Source: Trichoplax adhaerens (taxonomy: Eukaryota; Animalia; Placozoa). From it: a stretch of DNA of 64,000 bases. Positions 41,690-54,665 of this stretch are shown in pieces. The notes below the pieces were generated by a model that was not told where the DNA came from, searched no databases, and saw nothing but the letters and a program-made list of their open reading frames with translations. The stretch lies in contig NW_002060947.1 of the NCBI RefSeq assembly GCF_000150275.1, forward strand, positions 6,149,736 through 6,213,735. The letters run 5' to 3'. The first letter of the stretch is position 1, and each line of letters opens with the position of its first letter. A program made the position numbers and the translations under genes.

Positions 41690-42650
41690 CATGCTGTACT
41701 ATTACAATAGGATGCTAAATAGAGCAGAATGTAGGCATTGCCATAACGATATTATCATCAAGGACAGAATGCTTTACTTTGTTGCAAATGGTGTCCGATT
41801 GGATAGACAACCCGAGCATTGTAGATTGCGATGTTGATATATTGTTCTTATTACTATTCTGTTGGCGTGCTCTATTTCTCATCTGTGATCAAGGAAACCG
41901 ATCAAGGACTTGTACAAGTTCACTGGAGAGGAAATCATACTGTAATAGGATGAAAAATAGAGCAGGTATCATCAAGAATAGAAAGCTCTGCTTCGTAGCA
42001 AATTAAGTCCGATTGGAAAGACAACCAAACATTCTAGAACAGTCGTATAATATCATTATTATTATCCTATTAGCGCACTCCGTTTCTCATCTATGATCAA
42101 GGAAACCGATCAAGGACTTGTACAAGTTTATCAGAGAAGAAATTATACTGTAATAGAATATAAAATAGAGTAAAGGCATTGCCATAACCATGTTATCAAG
42201 ATTACCATGCTCTGCTTTGTAGCTAATGGTGTCTGATTGAAAGGACAACCCGAGTATTCTAGATAAAATAGAGTAAGGCATTGCCATAACCATACTATTA
42301 TCAAGATCTCAATGCTTTGTAGCAAATTATATCTGATTGGATAGACAATTCGAGCTTTCTAGATTGATTACAAAAATCCTTCAGTATTATTATTATTGCA
42401 TGTTTCGTTGGATATTATTATTCTTATTATGATCAAGGGAAGCGATCAAGGACTTGAACAAGTTTACTGCAGAAGGAATCATACTGTAATAGGATACAAA
42501 ATAGATTAGAATGCAGGCACTACCATAATTATGTCACCATCAAGAATAAAATACTCTACTTTGTAGCAAATTGTGTCCGATTGAATAGACAACTCGAACT
42601 TTCTAGATGGCAACAGTTATATAATGTTATTATTGCTGTCCTATTGAGTG
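41690..42650. repeat. Degenerate tandem array upstream of the Tec kinase, variable 100-240 bp units
   Basis: GATCAAGGAAACCGATCAAGGACTTG-like blocks near 41887, 42095 and 42431; TCYGATTG.A.AGACAAC-like blocks near 41792, 42007, 42231, 42331 and 42574. Confidence 0.85.
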
Positions 42651-42949
42651 TACGTAGTAACAGCTGTCGACACGAGAAATCACCAACAAAGTAGGAAAGA
42701 AGGACTTTTGCTCATAATTGAGACTAACTTGTTGCCCCAACTAGGACAGTTTAATGCGCTAGTTACCCCATCAATAGGAATAACTTAGATATGAATCATT
42801 TTCTTGTTTACTTTGTGTAGTCACATGGAGCTAGCACTTTCCGCCCTGTAAATTCACTCCTCCGATGACATCTATGCCATAGTATTGATTACTATCCACT
42901 ATGTCAATAAAACTACAAAGATGAAATGATGTCATTCGAGGTTAATTAT

Positions 42950-45000
42950 AAATTCTAATATTCAAGTTTTTCAGCTTGGAATGATCCCATTGTCTATCCT
43001 AGAATTGGTACGCCACTGATTTATCTTACCATATTCCATCGGATCCTTGTACCGTAGATCAGTGATAACTGATCTTTATGGATTAATGTTGCATGATATT
43101 ATTACTAGAATCAACATGCTTGATGTCTCACAAAGAAAGTTAGACACTTAGTAATTGGATTGACCTAAAATCTAACCGAGCTAACGTTAATGATCATTTT
43201 GTTGAGTTTGTTCATAAGCTGATGTAATTCCATCTGACAATAATTTTAAAGTCGGCATGCTTTGTGATTAACTTCAACATGACAGGATAAATTACTATGT
43301 TAGTGGTTTAAGTGGCTAGCATAATTGTATCCAACAGCAAGTTTTATTAACAAATATCCGTTTCTAGAAAGAATTTAATTTAACGGACAAGTATCGCTGT
43401 CTTCAGGTTATTTACGATGAAAGTATTCTTCTACTTGCTAGCAAAATCGTGAACGCAGAGAATACTTGGCACTACTTAGTAAATTGGTTTGATGGTTGAT
43501 CCCAAAATTACAGTATCGCACAACGAGATATTTTATCCTTAAAACTCCAATTTTGACGTCGAAAAATTGTAAATATAACAGAGCGACAACAGATCTAAAA
43601 TGATATCACAAAAATCCACTTTTAATAATTGTTTCGTGGGCAAGCGATCATATATGCTATTTGAATATTCATTACCTAGAGCATCGGTTAATGTTATCTT
43701 AACCGGATGATATTCTAATACTTGACAGCAGCTTTCACGAATAAATAAACATTTTTTGAGATTGAGCAGCAATTCATTTCGCTTTTGCAGTAATCAATTA
43801 GCTAGAGCATGGCTCTAACAAACTAGATTAGTTTTATTTATAGATAATCAGTTATGTGAAATATCAGTTTTGAATCCGTTGGTTAGCCAAGACATAGATT
43901 TCACTGTGCTTAATAAAGTTTCCGTTGGCATCAATCGTTTACTAGTATACTAATCAGAATAGAATCGTATAAATGCGGCCAATACCTCTTCGCTGCTAGT
44001 TCGAATCATGATACAGTATATTGGTAACAAATACTTTTATTAATAATGGTATCTTATCAAGTAGAGAGCTTCCATCCTTTGAAGAATTTTCTTCAGTAAC
44101 ATTTAACAATATCTTATACAAGTGTTACATGGGAAATAATGGCTTCTTGCTAAAAAACGAATCGTTAGCATCAATTGATTAGCCAAAATAGAAATTTACC
44201 ACACCCAAATAATGGCTTTTTTATCAAATTAGTAAACGTCAAATTCCTGTAGGTCAATTACAAATAGGCTAAGATATAAACCTTTTTGATTAATTGACCT
44301 GTGAATATCCACATTTACTGGTCAATATTGCTATAAAAACTTCTTTCAGAATAGTCTAGTTTGATGTTGTTGTCATTGATAAATTTGGCCAAAGCATCAT
44401 TGAAAACGATCTTATACACTAAAAATTGTTAGTGTCAAGTTTCAGTTTTTTTAAAGAAATCTAATTTATAAAAATCACCATGATCGATTTCTTGATTAGC
44501 ATGGATTAAGCTAGGATCAAAGCCAAATATCGAATGACACTAACTGGAGAAAAGGATGCTTTACTAGTATTGAAAAAATATATAATCAAATATGGCTTAG
44601 TTTGTAGGTGTTGAAGACCTGAAGATGATGTGATAGAGTTGGCAACTATGTTACTTGATTACAGTCTATCACATTTAGCAATCTCATAAAAATGATCATG
44701 TAATATTCTACTGTCTAAATAAAGGTTAATGTCAGCTTTATTAATGATATTAGCAAGGATCTTTGACATATTCTTACAGCCTTTATAGTTGATAAGTTAC
44801 GCATTACAACAATACAGTCTATCACCTTTGATTACTATTAGTGAAGGAACAGCAACACTTTTTTTGGTCTCCATTATTTATGATTATAGCATCCTTTATG
44901 TTTTAGATCATATACGAGCTTCTTTAAGAAATACTAGTGCAAACTCCCGTCGCTTTGCTGACGGTTTACGATAATGTGCTCATTTAACAGATAGTATTAC
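42950..45000 (-). pseudogene. Decayed, apparently intronless NACHT-LRR (NLR-like) gene remnant
   Basis: Manual minus-strand translation through stops and frameshifts gives ordered NLR-like fragments: HIIVNRQQSDGSLH*YFLKKLVYDL..KKVLLF (Walker-A region, 44985-44850); LQHLQTKPYLI; QLIKKVYILAYL*LTYRNLTF (winged-helix-like, 44300-44230); then LRR-like DISHN*LS..NLVC*SHALAN..LLLNLKKC, IKHVDSSNNIM and LKNLNI. Pattern recognition only. Confidence 0.45.
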
Positions 45001-47051
45001 CATTTGTCGTACTGTAGACCTGTCAGAGGTTCAGTAACTTTATACCGTGTACTAAGCACCAGTAATATATCAGATCAGATTTTATAAATTCGTTTGCCCC
45101 CAAAATTTATCACCGCTGTATAAGATTTCATTATTTCGTCGAACAATATACGCTTGCTATTAGATTACATAATAAAGTAATATTTCATTCAAGGCACAAA
45201 TTAAAGTCTTATGCAGACTATTAATTTTTGCAAATGGCCTTTGACTACAGCTTTAAATTATATATTGCCTAACATAAAAGTAACATAAAGTACAAGATAG
45301 AGATTGATACTTCCCATAGTGTAGTTATCGCACAAATTTTGAAATACTATAATATTTTAAGGTTTAATCAAACATTTGAGATAAGAAAAAGGGCTAGAAA
45401 TGAATAATTAATATATTTACTAATCTGATTATCATCGTTCCTTCAAAATATTTATATATTACCAATAGAGAGTAGAAAAGCATCTTGGTTATGATAATAA
45501 CATTATTTACATAGTCGGTAATTGCATTGCATTTAACATTCCAAAACTTTAATTACTATGAAACATGTAGCTATTGAGTTCAAGTTATTTCTGTCAGATA
45601 AGATTACTTATAGTTCACAATTTAATAATGAGGTTACAACTCACCGTCTCAACACTTCTGCTTATAATGCCATTTGTGATGACCTTTCCTTATGTCATCC
45701 GATTATTATAATAACGTTTAGTAATTTAAACCAGATAGTATTACCTGTAAGTTCTCCAATTTGTGATTTTTAGATGTCTACTTAAACATATTTACTTAAT
45801 AACCGATAGTCTAGCAAAATGAATAAGCACGTAACTGGATGAACAAATTTTAAGTCCGGTTTATGAATATGACTATATCTGTCTAATAAAAGAGAATTAT
45901 CGAATTGCATATTTAGGGTACGCAGCATTTTTGTCATGTAGGCAGTTTAGGAACAGGATGCTGCTATACACTATATGCGAGTACAGTACACGTTTAGCTA
46001 CGCGATGTAACGATTCCAACTAAAAGCGATAAAACCTATATGCTTAATCTAGCGAAGTTATATCATTCTATGTCATAAGATTCTACGACTTTGGTAATTT
46101 ATAATTGCCATAATAACATACGATCTATCCCAAAGTTTGCGCCTACACCTACACTTGTTGTTGGTCAATTTCGAGTTCTAAGAAGTATTGGGTATATGCA
46201 TCTTTAATCAAATATGTTATCAGTAATCTTAAATCGTAGAAAGTTAGCCAGGTTATAAACATATCATAATGGCCAAATTTACTTCATTCTATCTATCAAA
46301 CATCAATTAATTACTAATATTTTGAATTCTATTAACTTTATTTCATTTTTGCTCATTTACAAATATTAAATTTTGATTATTCGCCATTAAAGCGCAATAT
46401 TCAAGATACTTCATCAACTATTTGGTACATGTATGCGTATAGGTATTAATTTGATACAGCAGTTACTGCGTGATGCATGATGCATATTCAAAATGTATAC
46501 ACGATAACGTACTTATTACTAATATTTGAATCTTTTCTTCATTTACGTAGAATAATATGCTGTTGTATAAACAGTACCATCTCTTAGAGAAAAATTATAT
46601 TTCAAATTAAAATTAATATATTTCAATAATTTACTACTACAGTGAACGATGCCGTACGTTGATTACAATTGACACAAGATCACCGACCGCTGGGAGAAAC
46701 CGTCGCATGGACCAATCAAGTATATGTAAATACACTAATCAAATATTCAAGCAATCTGAAAGATTATCGATAGCGTTCGACAAAGGTAAATAATTCATTA
46801 TCATATATAACCATCAATAGTAGTTTCACAGCGATTATTGCTTGACAGTAAGTTACATCACTTCATAATAATAATATCTATTATTATAAAACAATCATAT
46901 CGCAGCTACATAACAGCGTATATAGTTCGATTTGCTGCAGGTCTCCATTTACGAATAATAAAAGAATATGCATAATTCAGATTAATTTCAAATAAATTCA
47001 ATATTTTATATAAATTTGTACAGCAATAGTCCATACGTATACTGTATGCAC

Positions 47052-50000
47052 TTAATTCTTCGATATCAATTTCATTCCTCGACGAACGTAATTCAATAGG
47101 TCGGCCAAAGTACTAAAAATAATTTAAGAGAAAACATTGAGAAATTTAAAGCTTGTTGTCAAAGCATTCCCTATTCATAATAAAACTTTAACTGTACCTA
47201 TCGTAGTGTAAAATATTACGTTGATGTAGTTGAGTGAAGAAATCTATAAACAAAAATTAAAATATGGTATGGATACATGATTCCTGTATGAAAAATTTCA
47301 AGATTATAAACAGCTTCTATTGAGGCATATTTCAGATTATGATCTCATTCTCCTTACTGTAAAATTATTCTTGGCAGATTACAGTCCTAAATGTATTGAA
47401 TGATTTATTTTACCTTCAAATTCTTTCATAATCAAATTTCCGTTCTCCCATAAATCCATAGCATAGGTTTCTTGATTCCATAGGTGATTCAATCTTAACT
47501 GCATAGACATAATTTTATTGGGGATGCTTATAAAATTATCATTTTGCGTACTACTACTTGAAGTAGAAGATTGGCTTCCAGGTGTAAATGTTGGAGAAAC
47601 AGACAGATCTGAGGTTCTGCTACTAAATGTAAAAATGTAATAATATCTAAATGGAAATAACCTAACATATTGAAAAGAAATGTTGATTAAACAAAGAATA
47701 GTTTACAATTACAAGTGCGATACTTACTTTTTGGAAATTGATCCCATTTGTTGCTTATCTTTCTATAGTGTCATAAATTTAATAGAAAATAAAATTATAA
47801 ATAGCAACGTACCATAGAATTGCAATATGTTACTATAATTACTACGAACTTAAGGTACTAACCGCACAATATTCGTTAACATTCTGTAAACAGCAAAAAA
47901 ATGTCGATAGTTAGAATTTTAAATTTGCCTTAATTTATTTCATTAGTGTTATTAAGGAAATATTTAATAAATGTCTTCGAAATTGCACTCACTTGCAGTA
48001 AAGTTCGTATTTCATTACGAGAGCGTAAAAATATTTTATGAACTAATAATGCTCGGCTTCTATCACTAATTTTGGATATAATGATAAAATAGGTGTAAAT
48101 CTTTTAATACCTTCTTCATTTGATATTATTCTATTCGTTATTTGATTAACTATAGTATTTTTAATATTTCGAGTACTATCATCGACACATGATGTTTTTA
48201 CTATTAATGCTAATGCTATCAATTTCTAATACCAAAAGAATAAGAACTTCTTTAATTTGATATTTCCCTTCCATCCATCTTTAGATCCCAGATCACGTAG
48301 TATTCTACATATTTGTCTATTAAAGTTGCATAAATAGACAGTGTTAAGATAGCAATTGCAGTACACAATGGTAGGCAAACAGCAAATTATGTTGCCTAAA
48401 GTTAAGTTAAACATTATTTACTTTAAGAAAGTAGCAGTAGTGTTTAATATTTCGTAATATGGTTCCTTTTTTCTACTTTCATGTTTTTCCTTATCTAATT
48501 TCTGTGAAGGATTATTAATATTATAAATCAAGGATAGAAATGTTAGTTATATATATTATTTTTAAGCTACTTAAGTAAACAAATTAGTGACATATTGCAT
48601 AGTAACTGCTACCACGCCATTTAACCTCTTCTATAAGGGCTTGTTCAATAAATAACATTGCAGCTTCAGTGTACTTAATTGCCTTCACTTCAATATTTGG
48701 CTAAAGGAAGCACATACAATATATTAGTTACATGAATCATCAGCCTTGACGGACTATAAATACTCTTAAGGTAGGTAGGTAGGTAGCTTAGGATAACGTT
48801 AATAAACATAAATGAATATTAAAAATACGTTAAATTTAATGTAGTGATCTTTATAAAAAAATACTTACGTTAGCATCACCACTACGCTTGTGTTCAGTTG
48901 CTTGTTTACGTAAATTTTCAGATCTACACAGTGAATTAATTCTCTGAATATTAAATATATCCATGAAAATAATGCAATTATAAAGAATTATGTATCTCAC
49001 TTTATACGTAAATCTTCAATAGTTGATACTTCCTCCGTATTTTTCTTTAATGTCTGCTTGTTGAACGTAGTTGCTGCCATATCGGATCGGTAGTCTTTAT
49101 TACTTTCCTTGGCTACTGATTTCTTACGACGTTGAGTATTATCACTATCCAAATGTTTGGACTGAGATGCTTTGTAATCACAATTTTTACCTCGATCTTG
49201 CACCTCACTTTGATCATTGTCATTCTTAAACGGCGGAGGAGTTCTATGATGAGATGACGAGTCATCATCTGACGTTTTAACACGCCTTATTTCCTTTTTT
49301 CGCTTCTTGTCTTTTTTATGACGCAACAACGCGGAATCATCTTCCGATCCAATGATACTTCTTGAAGCTTTTTTTAATCTCTCTTTTTCTGATACTTTCC
49401 CATGAGATACTACCTTAAAATCATCAGATTTTTTATTACGTTTCATTTCATTTCTTTCAGGACTAATTCCTTTCCGCGACGATACAGCCGTGACGTTGGC
49501 CTCATCGCTACTTTCGGCCATTTTATTTCGTATTTTCTTCTTTAATGGATGACCTTCGTTATTGTGGTTATTAATTCGTTTGGATTTAGATATGCCACTT
49601 GATAGTGACCCATCTTTGGATCCTGACGTTGACGTGAGCTGCTTATCCACGTTAATTTTTTTGTCCTTAAAACCTATATTATTAAATGGGCACAAAGATA
49701 CAATATTGATGCAAACTTCGTAACTTAATGATCAGATCATGAGAAAACAAAACCTATATTTATAGTATGACAATTTATGGTGTATACCTTGTGCTTGTTC
49801 ATCCTGATGCTTTTTCTGATTTTTTAGAATATTAAGTGAATCAGTATTTATAATCCAATCAGAGAGTTGAAATTTTCGAATTTAATTATATTTATGTGTC
49901 ATGATTATGGTTTTGTTGAAGCTATACGTATATCGGAACTTATTAATTATTAATGTAGTTCTTTCATTGTAGCCATTATATAGCAGTACTTACAGCTTTT

Positions 50001-53000
50001 GAAGTTGACAATTTGATGCTCTTCAGACGCGATAGGTCAAAGCTTACGGGGTAGCTTTTATCTGCAGTTGGAGGCAACGTTGACGAAACGACTGCATCAT
50101 TTTGTATCGGGGAACGCTGTTGTTGTTGTTGATCGCTGTTATCAACATCTTCGAATAATTCGTTATGTTGATCAGCCGCAGCTTTATTCTCTTCTTTTTC
50201 AGAAGTATTGTCGATTTTAGCTAAACGCAAAACAGATGATGTGTTACTTAAACATTGAACATCTTGCGTTCCATTACAACTACAAGTGACATTGTCATCA
50301 TGTAATGCGATCGACTGCCGGATTAAAGTCGAAGTTTGGCTAGAACAGGATGATGATGATATATCAACGCAATCCGTATTATAGTCAACGGTAACATTAG
50401 ACACCGAAATTTCTCGTAATGTTGAACTATTCTTATTCTCATTCGTTACATGTTGGTGTTGTAAATCAGTTTTTGGATTACTGGACGTGGAATCACATTG
50501 ACTATCACTGTCATGAAGAGAGCGATTCCATTGATCTCTGTAAAATAGATTTGTAGGCAGTCTCTCTTGAGCAGAGCTGGTTGCTGAAGAAACAACTATG
50601 TTATCAATACAATTAGCCAAATTTTGCGTATCAGAGTGATCAAAAAGTTTCCTTCTGACTGATGTAGATCGAATCTTAGGGGTTTCTTTGTCAGTAGCTA
50701 ACACAAAAACTGCAGGCTTTTTAGCTGGCTTGAAAGCCTTACCGAAACGTAACGGACTAAGCTCAATGATCCGTAGGAAATTGCGCATTTCTTGTAGAAT
50801 TTGGTGTCTAGAAACTAGTGCCACATTAGCCATCATTTGTATGTCATGACATTGATTACTTTTAGAATTGGTGTTAGCGTGCGCAATATCACTGTTTCCA
50901 ACAACAATGTCGGCTTCGATATTTTTGGAAATAGTCCGTAAATGACGTTGCTCACCACCATTAGAAATATTAAGACTGTTTCGGTTTCGCTCATAACTAC
51001 GAAGTGAGCTACAATCGATTATACGTAAAAAGTCGTATACTTCTTGTAATACCCTTTTACGCTTAGCTGGAGAGTATGCCTTTTTGACTGGCGATAATAC
51101 ATTTCTTTTCTTAAGTAATCCCTTCCGGCAGTCAAAGTGTCGAGTATTGTCACTAGCATATATTTTACCAATTAGCTCAGGATTAGCAGTTGTCAAATGC
51201 ATATTTTTACGACGGTATGGCCATTCAAGCTTAGAGGTATCACGGAAGTTATGACGACTACGTTTTGAACGTAAATGCAAGTTATTTCGATTGGACTGGC
51301 CAATAGTAACGTTATGGCCGCTTTGACGTATTGGGCTAAGACTTGTCAAACGAATCAAATCGTTAATATCTCCTAATGCTACTCGAGCTGCTGATAAACG
51401 TAACAGATTGGACGACGGGTTTAGCTGCCCTTCTTTACGTTTATCGGGATTGATATCGTTGTTGGAGCGACTGCTTACGAGAAATTTCTTGTCATCTACC
51501 GACAAATCACTTAAACATTTTCCATGAGATGTGGAGCAATCATCACAATGAGTAGATTTCATAGCAGAGTCATAACTCCTTCGTCCAAAATCATCATCAT
51601 TGCGGCATTTTTCATAGTGAATATTTCGTAAAGGACTTAAAACAGGAATCTGATATTGCAGTACCTCGCGTATAATATTATTTGCAATTCTGTTGGATTG
51701 CGCTGCAGAATGATAACTTTGGGGTGCTTGGATACAGAGATCAATGTACGGTATTATTAATTATGGAGTTAAGATTAGATTTCGTAATATAATGACTGTA
51801 TTTACTGAACATACTAATACGTCGTAACTTTCGGTAAGTACAGCTTGATATGTTGTTCATAAAACTATCTATACAGTATATAGTATATATCTTACTCTTC
51901 TTTTGCCGAGGAGAATGTTTTCTATTGTCACTGGATGGCGTCTTTCTCTTCTAAAATTGAAAAATAATATTACAATTTCAGTACAATCAATAGCATAAAA
52001 AATTTCGTTTACGATAATAAATCAAATAAAATGACAACGATAACATACTTTTACTTGCTTTACGGCACCTATGTCAGAATCATTATCACTTTCACTTGAT
52101 GATTCAGAGAGAGGAGTAGGGTCGATGATAGGAAATAATTTTCCTGAAATCGCATTGTTACCATTTCTAGTTAAATCTTCCACTGCGTCGCTTTGGTTAT
52201 CACTATCACTGTCATCTGTCAGCTCTAAGTCTTGTTCCAGGCAATTTTGATCATCACTAACCCAATAGGTAGCATGAATATGTTACAAACGTTAATGAAA
52301 AAATTTTAATTACATGATACAGGAGGTAAAATTATTCATTCTGGTTACAATGAACAAAATACAGATAAAATCATTTTTGAAAACTAACGTAAAGTTATTT
52401 TCTTCAGACTCTTTCTTGATATCTATAATTGATAAATGGTATTTTAAAGATAATTTATTTTAGAAGTATTCGCCTTTACATGTATAGTTCATTACAAATT
52501 ATAAATTGTACCTTTACGATTACTGGTCGCTTCATCCTTAGAATGCAATAGTTATGAAATAAATTTAAGTTGATCAACAAAGGAAGGAATCAAGACAATA
52601 TTAACGTTATCCAAAAATTATAACACGCCTAACAAATGAATTCAATTTGATCTCGTTTTTCACCTTTTGCTGAAAAGCAGGAAATGCAGATGAACTGCTT
52701 GATGGCGTCCTGATAGCACTGATGGGAGGAGGAAGCCCTACCATTTCCTAAATTACAACATTTACAGGTTGAAAAATTTTAAATTCGTATGCTTCAATTA
52801 AAATACTTGAATAGCATAAGAGAATGATTTTAAACCTAACCTCACATATTTGTTTTACTTTGGCTATCATTGACTAAAAAATAAAAAAAATATTTTACTA
52901 TCTTCCTTGCATAAGTCGCTGTACAGCTATGGCTAAAGAAGTGAATTAATCTATTAAAATAAGCTTACTACTTTTTCGTCGCTAGTTGATTGAATCATGC

Positions 53001-54665
53001 CTTTTGCGATTCCACTGCGATTGAATATTGTCAAAAGAAGAAAGTTCAATGTAAGAGAATTTCTACTATACGCGTATTACGATTATTATAAAAATTAGCT
53101 AACTTTTGAATTATATCAATTTTTAGTTCTTTAGGCCGGACAGTAGTTGCTTTTGTATCGTTATCTGCTTTTTGACGTTTTATCTTGTTATTATTTTCGC
53201 TTGCTTGCAGTAGCTCATCTTCATCTTTGGTTTTAGTGTCTTCTTTATTTTGACTAGTTTTCGTATCGTCAGCTACACAGAAATCATTATTAGCGCTTGG
53301 CTGCCCCTGGTTTCGTTTACTTAAGGTTGTAGTCTTGGCAATCGTCTCATTTGATACCGAAGGGAGAAAAGAATCAGGTCCGTTGCTAATTTCTGTTTTG
53401 ACTTTCCGATCACTTGGTACTCCACGATGATAACTAGACGATAATGCCGAAGGGAGACAAGAATCAGGTCCGTTGCTAATTTCTGTTTTGACTTTCCGAT
53501 CACTTGGTACTCCACGATGATAACTAGACGATAATGCTTGATCGCTGGTGCTTTCTATTTCTTGATTCCCATCGTAATGACGTTCCTTCTTTATTGACTT
53601 GTTACGTTCTAGACCAGTATTACTAGACAGTGATGATTTCTTCGATGTACGTTTATCACTATCATCACTATGCGCTTCTTGTAGTGATTTATTATCATTG
53701 CTGCCTTGATTATTAACTTCGTCCACTTTATGATGCACATTATGCGATCGAGGATCTGAACTTCGTATGTACGGAGGAATAGTTTTGCCCTCTCTACATT
53801 TATTGAATTCGCGTAACGTTGTACCTCCCAAAATACCAATGACCTCATGGAAGTTGCCATTTCTCAAGTATGGCTTAATATTGGAGATGTTACCTAGTAC
53901 ATGCTTAATTTATAGGCATGATGATAACGAGATTAATGAGAATTAGAAGGAAAATTGGTTGTTGAATCGACATTTTACCGAATTAAGACTACAATAATGA
54001 TACCATCGCTACGTAATATGGTAAATAAAAACCTTAGCATAGTTGCTTAATTCATCCAATTTTGCTTCATCTGGTGATAACTAATCAATTTTTATCACGA
54101 TAGAATGCAAAATATAATTATCGAAGGAAAGAAATCTCAAATTGAATTCAATTATTTCACAATATATAAAATTATACAGTGATTCCTTACTCTGCGAGGT
54201 CGTGAACTGACATAATCAGGTGGTTTATCATCAGGATGTGAAGTTGGCTACATAAAAAAGAAATAGCCAAATCCATTTCACTTATTGACTTCGATTTGAT
54301 ACATTATACAGCTATTGAAGCATCTTTATGAGTAATTATTAAGAAAAGTTGAATTGAATTGAATCATCAAATTAGCCAAAGATAGTGTCGCTTGAAAGCG
54401 TTTAGAATGCTTACATCATAGGCTAGTATACTGTCCATATCTTTTTCCTCGCTACTTTTCGAATTATCTTGACTTATTCCGAGTCTACCATTTGCTCTGA
54501 AATGGACCACGAGTGGTAAGACAATTTTCAGTTCAGAAAAGGTCATTGGATATTAAATTAACATTATTCAAACATGAGCGTTTTACTGTCATCAATGACA
54601 TGAAGTGAAAAAATGTTGTAGTAATTTGCTCACCAATCAAGCAAAGGAGAATACCTGATATCCAT
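47052..54665 (-). CDS. AF4/FMR2-family (AFF1-4 / lilliputian) super elongation complex scaffold, about 25 exons
   Basis: N-terminal cyclin T1-binding-like segment DELSNYAK/HVLGNISNIKPYL (54080-53860). ELL-binding box VKQICE/EMVGLPPPISAIRTP (52875-52700). CLEQDLELTDDSDSD (about 52240). AF9/ENL-binding-like SYPVSFDLSRLK (about 50050). C-terminal homology domain LRKQATEHKRSGDA, KAIKYTEAAMLFIE, CDRSRALLVHKIF, ISIPNKI..YAMDLWE, DFFTQL, LADLLNYVRRGMKLISKN* (stop 47054-47052). Large exons at about 53903-53075, 51726-49993 and 49673-49000. The start exon (54665-54655) and some small internal exons are tentative. Confidence 0.9.
53357..53537 (-). repeat. 90 bp in-frame tandem duplication inside an AFF exon
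   Basis: Encodes ALSSSYHRGVPSDRKVKTEISNGPDS[C/F]LPS twice, with a single nucleotide difference between copies. Confidence 0.95.

Noticed and set aside
41779-42325. Short ORFs upstream of the Tec kinase
   Set aside because: They fall within a degenerate repeat array and show no protein motif.
53321-53860. Alternative-frame ORFs overlapping the AFF exon
   Set aside because: They are by-products of the main coding frame and the 90 bp duplication.
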